Of a stretch of DNA of 64,000 nucleotides, positions 39,255 through 50,329 are shown piece after piece. The DNA is taken from the NCBI RefSeq assembly GCF_032191835.1, contig NC_083228.1:24056001-24120000 (forward strand), read 5' to 3'. Source of the DNA: Heteronotia binoei (Eukaryota). The number at the start of each line of letters is the position of its first letter. Position 1 is the stretch's first letter. Under the pieces are notes generated by a model. It was given only the letters and a program-made list of their open reading frames with translations. It had not been told where the DNA came from and searched no databases. Both the position numbers and the translations under genes were made by a program.

Positions 39255-39366
39255 GAGTGTGTTCACACTACACTAAATAATACATTTTGCAACTGGAGTT
39301 TTGCTATTATTACACAGTAGAAATCCAGTTGCAAAATGCATTACTTAATGTAGTGTGAATGCTCCC
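39255..39366. mobile_element. short palindromic MITE (Harbinger-like)
   Basis: GTTCACACTACACTAAATAATACATTTTGCAACTGGA is mirrored by TCCAGTTGCAAAATGCATTACTTAATGTAGTGTGAAT. Confidence 0.7.
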
Positions 39367-40168
39367 TTTGTCAGAACAACTAATTTATCTAGTCTTATGC
39401 TGACGTACCTATTCTGAAGCGCTCCCTTTGTCAGAACAACTAATTTATCTAGTTTTATGCTGAAGTGCCTCTCAGTACTGGCTCTTCCTTGGACAGCCTT
39501 CTTGGCCAGTGATTTCTGTTCATCCCAGTTCTGGCTCCCTAATATTTGTTTCTGTATTCCAGAACCTAGCTTTCATAATCTCTGCTTCCATGTTTGCTCT
39601 CTTGTAGCCTAACTCCTGTGTTTCATCAGGCTCTAGTTCCTATTTGGCTGAGACTAAAGGTTCAGCTGGGACTGAAGCTTCAACTTCTGGACTTCTTACT
39701 GTCTGGTGCTTACAGCAGAGCTCCTCTTTATGTCACTGGGACTTACACAAATGATGGTGGCATCTGCTTTTCTCTATGATTTCTCTTTTCTCTATGATTT
39801 CTTTTAGGGCTGCAGTCCCCCAATCAGTTGGAACTGAGCTAGAATTTGCTAAGGGTGAATGAAGGACACCTTGAAGAAGCCTAAATGACTGTGAAAAAAA
39901 AGCACTTAAAGATAATGTGTTCATCCCGTCCCCCATCCCACCCCTGTCTTACAAGGAACAGCTGTTTATCTCAGATTCTCAATCTAGAATCCAAAGTACT
40001 GTACAAGTAGTTCTTCACATTCAAGATGACTTTGAACATCTTAAAAACTAGTCTCTCCAGCTGCATAACAAACTGCAACTGAATCTGTTTTTGATATGGT
40101 ATCATAAACCTGACTGGATGTGATGAAACTCTTGGTCATGCCTTAAAATAGTTCTTTAAATATCAGCT

Positions 40169-40385
40169 GTGGTGGTGGAAAGTGCTGTCAGGTCACAGTT
40201 GATCTATGGTGACCGTGTAGGGTTTTCAAGACAAAAGATGTCCAGAGGTGGTTTGCCGTTGCCTGCCTCCACATCACACTCTTGTATTCATTGGAGGTCT
40301 CCCATCCAAATACTAGTCGAGGCTGACCCTGCTTAGCTTTTGAGATCTGATGAGATTGGGCTAGCCTCAGCTATTCAGGTAGGGC
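40169..40385 (-). mobile_element. 5S rRNA-derived SINE with RTE-like tail (5S-Sauria-like)
   Basis: The reverse strand ATCTCATCAGATCTCAAAAGCTAAGCAGGGTCAGCCTCGACTAGTATTTGGATGGGAGACC matches the 5S internal promoter region. It is followed by GGCAACGGCAAACCACCTCTG. Confidence 0.75.
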
Positions 40386-42361
40386 AATATCAGTTCTGGG
40401 GATCAACTTCATATGATATGCACATGCAGAGCTACTGAGAAACTTCCTCAGTTTTTCTCTTGCTCTCCTCATGCATTTAAAGTGTGTGATCATTTTCTAA
40501 AATGTGTGAGACAATTTACTAATCTTTAATGGGAGAGAAGAAAGGAATTGCCCGTCTAGGGATCCATAATCACTCACTTTATCCTTTTGCTAAACTGGAA
40601 AACATAGAAAGTGTTCTCTTGCTGCACTTGCTATGGTTTCAAAATGAGCAAAGGGTTAACAGGAGGAATAATGGATTCCAATAAAGGCTTCTGACTGTTG
40701 CTGAAGCCCCCCAATAAGCATCATCTTGGCTGAGAGCATGAGAGCAAAATGAAACAGGTGAATTGCCTGGCTTCTTCCCCCCACCCCAAGCCTAGGCAGA
40801 AGGACTTACGTAACCCTAGATCTCCTCACTTGATAGCTTTGTAGAAATGCATGTTAGAGCCCTGGTACCATTTTGTTATAGACAAGAATCTTGGAGGTGG
40901 GGGACAAGATTTGGAGCAGACTGAAGTGCTAATGACATGTCATACACAAACAGATTTTTGAACCCTGTGAGGGAAAGGCAGCTTGAGGGACTCTGTGCAG
41001 CAGTGAAGGTGTTGGAAGGAAGTGCTTAACTCTTTTGCTTCACACAGCTTCACTGCTCTAAATTTCCCCTGAAGTATCCTGAAGGGGTCAAACTGTGCTG
41101 TACCAGACATGGCTGACAATTTGATGGAAGCATTTGGGCAGTGGGGACAATTTCTTTGGCAGCATGCCAACACAAGATGTCAATTTGGGTGCAAAACTGG
41201 AAGTGAGGTCATTGTGTTGGGGCACTGCTCTAGGTTTCACTCAAAAGTCTGTGATTAAACCATAGAGTTTTGGATGAATCTTAGAGCATTGCTTCATAGT
41301 GATGACATAATTTTTGGTTTTACAATATTGAGCAGCCTTTCATTTTCACACCATAGGCCTGATCAGTGGTGGCTGGAAACATGGGGCCCAGGGAGAGAAG
41401 TCTTCTGGGGACCTGTCCTCCTATGTCCATTGTGCTGTTAGCTCCTCACTCTGCACATTCAATTGCAGTGTTTTCATACAAGATGTGTTATTAGAAAAAG
41501 AATAGAGAGCATTGCAGAGACAAGGCTCTTATTGTGATCTGGCTGCTCACAGATCTTTATATGGATCAAATATTTTTTTTCATGCTTTTGAAAAACTTAT
41601 TGATTGATTCTACTTGCAAAATGCTATAATTTTGAATTTAATATCTCAAATGGTAACATATCAAGATGTATTACCCCAAAAGAATGTTTCTTAAATAGTT
41701 TTGTACTCCTCTTTGTATGCTAGATTTTTTTTTTTTAAATTGCAATCTTTCAGATATTTGGAAGGAGATAGTTATTTTATTGTATGTCATAGGAACATAT
41801 GTGCTAAAAGCAAATGAGAAAGCTTTTCCCGTATGCAATGCAGAAGTTGCTCTCTTGTTTACAGGTACTAACAGGCATGATTGATAGGTCTGGCCTTGGT
41901 TGTACATGCTCATTGATTCTCAGAACAGTTGCTTAATATAAATTTTGGGATAAAAATCCAAATTACAAAAAGCTGTGATCATCAAAGGCGCCTGTGGAGT
42001 GGGATACCAATTATTTATCAGCATTGAAGACAATGGAATGCCTCTTTCCATAGGAGAAGCATAACTGGAAAGTACAAATGTTGAGATTTCAATATTCCAG
42101 ACAGAGTCAAGAGAATGCAAATAAATTATATCATTGTCTAGTGTGCAAGAAGGTACAGTGGATCAAAATTGAACTAGTTAAAATTTTATTGAGAAAGGAA
42201 AAATTAGTGTCCAATTCTCAGTTAAGCTCTGCTGCCAGCCTCACTTTAATCGCTACAAAATTTGCCTGTGACCACCCACTAGCATAGAAGTAGAATGTCT
42301 GCGGAACACCAGTCTGGCTTTAAACCTGTGAACCAGGTGCAATGCTTCTGTTCCTACAGAG

Positions 42362-42660
42362 GGAGACCTGTTTGGTGTAGTGGTTAAGAGTGCGGACTCT
42401 TATCTGGGAGAACCGGGTTTGATTCTTCACTCCTCCACATGCACCTGCTGAGTTGATCTTGAGTCAGTCACCAGTTCTCATAGAGCTCACAAGAGCAGCT
42501 TCTGTCAGAGCTCTCTCAGCCCCACCTACCACACAGAGTGTCTGTTTTGGGGAGGAGAAAGGAAAGGAGATTGTAAACTACACTGAGATGCCTTTGGGTT
42601 GTGAAAGGTGGGGTATAAATCCAATCTCCTCCTCCTCTTCTTCCTGTTCTTCTTCCTCTT
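42362..42660 (+). mobile_element. Squam3-like SINE
   Basis: GTTTGGTGTAGTGGTTAAG..CCGGGTTTGATTC head and a (TCC/TCT)n tail. Confidence 0.85.
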
Positions 42661-43038
42661 CACAGTCACCACCCCCAACCACCATGATTATTTTTTAGAT
42701 TTACATCCCTCCCTTCTTCTGTCAGAGAACCAAAGGGAGCCTCTGTAGGATGTTCTCAGAAGGTCTCTTGTTCAAGCATTGAGCAGACCCAGATCAGTAT
42801 AGACTGCTGTATTGTGTGCCTTCCAACCATATCCTGAGGCTACCTTGGTTATGGTAAACTCCTTCTTCAACTAAGGGACCAGTCTGGGGTTCTCCAAGGA
42901 AAGGGGATTGTGCAGAGATATGTGTGCTCCTGATAGAAGTGACAGGGGAAATAGAAGGTATAATGATGTAAACTGTGTATGTGTGTATGCATGGAGAGAC
43001 CAATTCACATAACATTATGTAAAAATTGGTGGTGGGGA

Positions 43039-43360
43039 TAGGGTTACCAGCCCCGAGGCACAAGTGGGGGATCCCCCACTTTTTGAGGCTTCTTCCTGCT
43101 GCCAGCCAACTGGCCGGCAGGGGAAACCCCACCCCAAACAGCAACATCCCCATGCAACATCCTCACCACAATAACATCATGTGGAAGTGACATCATCACG
43201 CCAGGACTCTCTGATTGAGGGCTTTTTTACCATAGAGTTTGCTCTCCAACCAGTGTCCCCATGTGACATCCCCACATCGGTGATGTCACTCAGCAACATT
43301 GCCCCCTCCCAGAAGGCCCCCCTTCCCTTGCCATTAAGAGGTAAGGACCTGGCAACCCTA
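43039..43360. mobile_element. hAT-type MITE (TAGGGTTGCC TIR family)
   Basis: TAGGGTTACCAG / CTGGCAACCCTA termini; degenerate 8-bp TSD GGTGGGGA / GATAGGGA. Confidence 0.7.
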
Positions 43361-44625
43361 GATAGGGAAGACCATGTGTCCATTTCTTTACAACAGGAAC
43401 AGGACTGTGAGCCGGGCTGAACATGCTAATGACTTACGTTGAATTTTTGAGTGGGCTTCAGTGAAGAGTACTCTAGTTGGACGATAACCTAGCTGTGACT
43501 TTAAATTTAGACTACCTCTTTTATGCATGTTTGCGAGTTGGCTGTACAAGTGGATGATGGACACAGATGCTTTTTCAGTCTTAGCTATGAAAGTTAACTA
43601 CTTCCTGCTCCCTGCTGGCATATTTAATTTATACGAATGTTCCATTTGTTTACTGTTTCAGCTGTGCTGTTCGTAGGTGAAATAAAAGATCATCCTCTTT
43701 GATTTTCTGGTGTTCTGCTGCAGCACTCCTGGCAGTGTAAACACCACCACTGCACACTGGCTGCACATATGGGGGAAACACACTTGTCAGTAGATACGCC
43801 CGTGAAGAAAATCAATATGTCCAACCTAAGTGAAATAACTGCTGGCAATACAGTAATTAGGTCATTAAATAGCAATGGATTTGCATTAAGAAGCAACAAA
43901 GAAATCTCTCAACTGTGTAAAATAGATGGTTGAAAACCACACTTGCTTCAGGTGGGGTTAGTTAGGAATATTAAAACCAATTAGATTAAGAAGATGGAGA
44001 AAAGAATAAGCTCATTTTTACTGATAAGCATCCTGCAAATCTAAAAATAACAGCAGCATTCTTGGCAGTTTTGTGACAGATCTGCTTTAATCTCTGGAAC
44101 AACCTGCAATTAGTGTTAGTTTTGATCCGAAATACAAAGCTCAGGATAAATGCGCTCCGTATACATGGGAAATAGATTTGAAATAATCTAATTAACATGG
44201 AGGCCAAGTAATAAATACAGAAACCTTATCTCCCCATAGAGGGAGAATTAATCAAGGAAGACAAAACTGTGCCTCAAATCCTTCGGGGTGTTTTGCATTT
44301 TTGGAAGTAACAAAGGAAATTATAACACGGTGTGGCATTTTGACAAGGGAAGAGATGCATCTGATATGATAGACGGCAAGTTGATTACAGTACACTCTAG
44401 TACAGGGAGGATTGGTTTGCCTAATCAACAGCCAGTGGCCATTTTGAGCTGATGTATAAGTGATTTCTTAGCTTGCTCAAGTATAGGTTTTGACCTACAA
44501 ATCTGGTTTTGTTTGCTCAGCTGGAGTAGAGCATGGATGTTGAGTGACAGGGGAATTCCAGAGGGGGGCAATGTGGAGCCTGAGGAAGAAAGGAGGCATT
44601 TGGGAAGGAAGAGAGTTAGGATGAA

Positions 44626-44713
44626 AGAAGAAGAAGAAGAAGAAGAAGAAGAAGAAGAAGAAGAAGAAGAAGAAGAAGAAGAAGAAGAAGAAGAAGAAGA
44701 AGAAGAAGAAGAA
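44626..44713. repeat. (GAA)n microsatellite, about 29 pure units
   Basis: Directly visible in the sequence. Confidence 0.97.
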
Positions 44714-46605
44714 AGATGGCATCAGAGTTGGGAATAAAATGTAAGGTTATCAGGAAGGAGAACGTTTGTTATTTTGCTGTAGTATCATGAATTTGGCTTA
44801 TGTGGCAGCTTGGACCCGCAGTCACTGTAGTCAAGTCTTTGCCTTCCCAGAAGAAGGGAGAGATGTCACATGTGGCACATTGCACATGGGCATCAGGCAG
44901 AGGCAATCAGTTTATATGCCAGTTCTGGCCCCATCCAGTGGACCTGAGCCCAAACTTCCTTGACCAACTTGAACATTCATTCAAAATGGCCCACTGTCTC
45001 TTGCTGCTATGTCTTAAGTTCTTTCTTGGCACACTGGAAGACATTTTTATGTTCCTTGGACTCCTTGATGCTTTGCAGCTGCTATATGAACAGTCTTCTC
45101 CCCATCCCAGCCACAATATTATGGTGCTATAATGTGAACACTCCCTTATAACGTGATATTTTATAGAGCAATCAAACATTTTGTTGAGCAATAAAATGTC
45201 ATGCTATAAAATGCTCCCTTAATTAATGGATGTCAGTCAGGTTATATCTGTCATATTTTACATATCCAGAGCCCTTCATTTTTGTGTTTAATTTCCTGTG
45301 TGTTAGCAATATTCAATGGATATAAATGTTCTGGCTCCCCCCCTCCCCCGATCTTCAAAGGAATAAAAAGCCAATGTGCTAAAAATGGGCTGGAATGCAC
45401 TTAATTCAACAGTGGAATGATCTATCAAAGGCAGTTCAGTATTAGGGATGTGCACAGAAATGGTATCTGGGTCCCACATGGTTTTGTCTGTTAAAAATTA
45501 CATTTGGCTTCTTTTAATGCCATGATGGCATAGGTATGGGATAAACATTTGGGTTCTTTTTAGCCCATCTAATTCTGAAAGAAAAATTAGGGTTGTGCTG
45601 CATTGCTACAGTAAATGATTTTTATTTTGTCTGAATGCCCCACTTTTTGAAAGGTTTGATTAAAAAACAAATAAACCTGTCCAGCATTTTCTTCTTTAAA
45701 AGTAACTGGTGAGAAGAAGTAGGTTTTGAGAATGGTTGGTTTAAGGGTTGGGTCTGTTTTTTTGCACAACCATTTCCATAACACTCAGCATTGATGTGTG
45801 ATATGTCACCCTGGCTCAATAAGAGTGCTCTCTATGCTATTTAAAGATGTGAAAGGTATTTTCTTTGTCGTCCTTTTATGCAGTGGACTATAGACTGGAA
45901 ACTATAAACTTTCATGGGGTTGAAGAGTGTGTCAATTATTCACAGGATGTCCCCACATGGCAGAAGTGTTGGGAATCTGCAACCTGGCTTTGTCCCCCCC
46001 CCCCCCAAAGTTTTAGTTCCTAGCAAAGAGAGCAGGTGGGTTGGATTGGTCTGCTGGCTCCTGATGTCATAATGGCAGGTTACATGGCAACAGTTATTGT
46101 CCTCTCATTCGTAGGAGTACCCCACTGAGTGCTGGTTGCTCTAGACTTCATTTCAGCATCTCATGAGGATATAGTCACTGCATTTCTTCCAGTTCATGGG
46201 CATAAAATATTCATTATGCACAGCGAGAATTACAGTCACACTTAAGTATTCAGAGTAAAAAATACTCATCAGATCTGCTTGGCAGGACTTTAGCTAAGAT
46301 GCTCGCCTCTCCATGTAGTCACAAAGAATCAAGGGCATCTCTAAATTGGTAATGAAAGTCATTATGTACCAGAAAAGTCTGAAATGATTTAGGACACATT
46401 TTTTTCCTGGTAATTTTGCTTTTGAGTCTGTGAAGTTCTGTGTTGGCTTTGTACTACTTTTACATCAGCTCCCTGAGGATGCTCAGTGTATTCTTGTCTC
46501 TCTCCAATGGCTTGAGTTCTGGAAAAGGAAAAGAGACTTTCTTCTTTCTTTTTTAAACAGGCTTTTATTGAAAAGGGCTTTTTGGTGTACTTAGCAAAAG
46601 ACGAT

Positions 46606-46824
46606 TACTGAACAAAAACATCCCTTCCCCCACAAGCTGAGTGATAAGGCCCAGAAAATCATTAGGTAAGTTTATCCTGACTAAAATACAAGGTAGACAA
46701 CATAAACACTGAACAATTTTACTGAACAAAAACATCCCTTCCCCCACAAGCTGAGTGATAAGGCCCAGAAAATCATTAGGTAAGTTTATCCTGACTAAAA
46801 TACAAGGTAGACAACATAAACACT
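46606..46824. repeat. direct tandem duplication, 105-bp unit with 114-bp period
   Basis: TACTGAACAAAAACATCCC...CATAAACACT occurs at 46606 and 46720. Confidence 0.92.
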
Positions 46825-46935
46825 ATGAAAGCTATCAGACTAAAAGCAAAGTGCATTCTCTGAGGGGAAACCAAAGGATTTTTAATCAGTACGTTCCAAA
46901 GCTATAAGATGTAGTCTTCTTCTTCAAAATGCAAT

Positions 46936-47218
46936 GAAGAAGAAGAAGATGATGATGGTATTGGATTTACATCCCGCCCTCCGCTCTGAATCTCAGAGTG
47001 GCTCACAATCTCCTTTATCTTCCTCCCCCACAACAGACACCCTGTGAAGTGGGTGGGGCTGAGAGAGCTCTCCAGAAGCTGCCCTTTCAAGGACAACTCT
47101 GCAAGAGCTATGACTGACCCAAGACTATTCCAGCAGCTGCAAGTGGAGGAGGGGGGAATCAAACCTGGTTCTCCTAGATAAGAATCTGTACACTTAACCT
47201 CTACACCAAACTGGCTCT
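46936..47218 (-). mobile_element. Squam3-like SINE
   Basis: Same family as the copies at 20379 and 42362, with a (GAA/GAT)n tail on the + strand. Confidence 0.85.
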
Positions 47219-47270
47219 GAGAAGGATCTCATTATACAGAAGTATATTTTAACTAGTCATTAGGGGCTAT

Positions 47271-47929
47271 TGTTAAGCAAACTGCCCTTAAAATAGGATT
47301 TAGGGGAATTTAGAGTGGAGGGCAATCTGCCTTTTAGCAAGATCCAAAACCTATTTGTACAGAAGGTATCTGCTTTGAAACTTACCCAATAATGAGACAA
47401 TATAATATAATATAATATAAAAAGGTTTATTATGAAATAAAGACAAACATGCAAGAGTATAAAGTCACACAACGCACATACAGTCCTAATAAAAATAAGA
47501 TAGAAATAGATGGGTAAACACAAGGTTTGACAAACAGGGTAATAATTACCTATCGTAGTCTTCAAGGAAGGCTCCAATGGTGATGCAAAAGGAGATGAGG
47601 GATGGACCCTCAACTGATCAGGTATCGGGGGCGTAGCTAACAGTGAGGTATGTGGTACTGTCAGGTGCACAAGTGTGGGGAGTTGGGTTAGAGGTTATAA
47701 GAACTACCTTGAGCTCTTAGGAGGTAGGAGGTGCAGGTGCGGATGACAGCTGGTACATGACCTCAGAGAAGGGGAGGCTCTACAATGACCATAAGGGCTG
47801 GACTTGTGCGGTGACCAATGACCAGTTTATTCAGGGTACCTGATTGGATGCCCATACCAATGAGCGATTGATTGTGATGAGTGATTATGATGTCCTTATA
47901 TAACTAAAATTAGGGGTCTCTTAGCCACA
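47271..47929 (-). mobile_element. solo LTR (TG...CA) with 4-bp TSD
   Basis: TGTTAAG...GCCACA flanked by CTAT / CTAT. Removing it restores a SINE head, GGGGCTATGGCTCA. Confidence 0.75.
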
Positions 47930-48125
47930 CTATGGCTCATTGGAAATGCCTCCGCTTTTCATGCAGAAGGTCCCAGGTTCAACCTCTAGCACCCTTAGTT
48001 AGAAAGACCAGTCAGTAGGTGATGTGAAAGACCTCAGACCCTGGAGAGCTGCTGCCAGTCTGACTAGACAATACTATCCTTGATGGGCCAGTGTCCTGAG
48101 TCAGTATGTCAGCTTCATGTGCACA
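47930..48125 (+). mobile_element. tRNA-head SINE (5' end split by the LTR)
   Basis: CATGCAGAAGGTCCCAGGTTCAACC B-box region, similar to the copy at 3770-3960. Confidence 0.65.
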
Positions 48126-50329
48126 TGTGCACTGCTTTCTTGAACTTTAGATTTTCCTGACATTTGCCAACTCAAACCCAGCAAATGAAACCTCTGCATG
48201 AACCAGAAAATGAGCTTTCTGTGACTGCTCTTAACTGCCTCTAAAGAGAAAACTGGAAACCTAATAAAGATGGCTCCCCCCCCCATACAATTCTTTCCTG
48301 TCAAAAATAATGTTCTCCAATTGCAGTTTCTTCAGAATGAAGAATAATTATTCGGTTGGGCATGAGCATACCAATACTGATTGAGGTTTCAGCGCTTCAG
48401 CAATGGAGCTATCCAGCTTCAAGAGCAGCCTGTCGCTCTAATCTGAAAAGACTTTTACTTAAATACATAGCATTGAATTTAGTTGGGCTAGCATTTAAGA
48501 AAATTTGCTTAAGGACTACGCTATAATAGCCACTTACGATGTTTACATATCTTGCAATTTTGGCTTTAAAAACTCACAAGTATTTACAGAATTAAGATAC
48601 TATAAATGCTCAAAGTACACATGCAAATTCTGTTTATACATGCACTCCTAGATTTCAATGTCAAGGGGTCATTTGTCTATGCTTGAAATGAGTCCAAACT
48701 TGGGCAATATCTCAAAGAAGATATTGTCTGCTTGGAATGGCAGACAGTAAGGAAAATGAGAGCATTTTTTGTAGCAGGAACTCCTTTGCATGTTAGGCCA
48801 CACCCCTCTTATGTAGTCAATCCTCCAAGAGCTTACAGGGTTCTTATAACAGGGCCTACTGTAAGCTCCAGGAGAATTGAGGAAAACAATACTTAAGCTT
48901 TAATGAGTATTGAACATACAAAATTAACAAAAGGAAAAGCAAGAAAATGCAAGATAATTGAAAGAGCAATATAAAACATCAAATTTGGGGAATTACTGAA
49001 CTATAAATTATTTGGGGGCATTTTCTCCACTGAACAATTAGATGAAATTAGGAAAAAAACCCAAATAGCACCAGAATATATGAAACTGACAAGAAGAAGC
49101 TGATCAGAAGTTCCTAACTGGAAGTCATCCTAGTTATGCTAGATATTCCTCCCTCAGAGTTGTCTAGAAAGTCAGACCCCCCCCTCCAGTTTGTTACAAG
49201 CATACAAAGAGAGGGTGGGGTAGAAGAGTCGGAAATGCAAGTTTTCTCTGACTTGGGAAGAAAGAAGAACAAGATGCCTAAAGAAGCAAAGTAGAAATTT
49301 TCATACATTACCAGATCTATAGTCAACTGCAACTGGAGAAGTTCTGAAGGCCCAGAGACCAAGTGAAAACAAGGGTTCTCAGTCCAGTGATTTCAGTGGT
49401 GGGAGAGCAATCCTCAGCAATCAGATTGAATTTAATTTCTCCTTTGCTAGGATGCTGTTTTGTCCTGTTTTTCCTTTGCTGTATGCTGTTGGGGCCAGGG
49501 AGAATTGATGGTATTTGGGGGCCCTTATGAATGTAACAAATGAAAGGCATCCAATGCCCAAACTAGTCATAAGAAAGAAGAGGCAGAGGAAGATCCGTAT
49601 CACAGGGCGGAGGGGCGATGGGATGATTTAGGTGGCATGATTGAATTACCTGAATGGACAAAGGCTAGTAGATGGCTGACGACATTGATTTCATTCATGA
49701 TTCATTTTTCATTGAAGTCTGCATTGTAAGGAAGATTCCTGGGTGGTCCTCGAAGATCATTTATTGTTTTCCAGACCTCCATAGTTAATCACAGTCTGGA
49801 AGCCAGATAACAGAGCAATTGTTAAGGGAGTGCTCTGGCTCCCAGGGGAACCTTGCTGTTTCTTTGTGCTTCAGTCAGTATTTTGATTTCTTGTAGCCTG
49901 ATCTTAATTTCTCAGATTCAGTTGTAAACATAGTTTCCTTCTTGCAATCTTATGGTATACAGTCTGAGAAGTAATGGAGATGGCTCAAAAAGGCTGGCTC
50001 CTAGCCCAGGGTTGCTTTTGGGCTGCAGTTCTGACATGTTAAGAGCTGTGATAGAAAACCTTGAATTCAAGGCATTTCAATGAAAGGAGCCTTGTTCTCA
50101 CTCTTCTTCTATAGAATAATGGGCTTTTAATATTGTTTTATAGGGGAAGGTGACATTTGGTCAGTCAGGCTGATGGAAGTAGCATTGTTCTTTTTCCTTC
50201 TGCAGATGGCCACTGATGGAATCTGAGAGGGAATGGATAGGCAGGATGATGGAATTCAGCAGTGGCATTCAGAATTTTACTGCCTACATAATATGGAAGT
50301 TCCCTTTACTTACTATGACTAGTAACCAT

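Noticed and set aside
40290-40385. 5S rRNA gene
   Set aside because: Diverged, lacks the 5S ends and is fused to a SINE body.
44495-44737. poly-Phe / poly-Glu ORFs
   Set aside because: Simple translations of the (GAA)n microsatellite.
44766-45191. overlapping 60-110 aa ORFs, possibly a transposase or Myb remnant
   Set aside because: No diagnostic motif could be confirmed by eye.
49100-50100. possible ancient L1 endonuclease fragment on the - strand
   Set aside because: Only vague similarity with many stops; cannot be supported without an HMM search.
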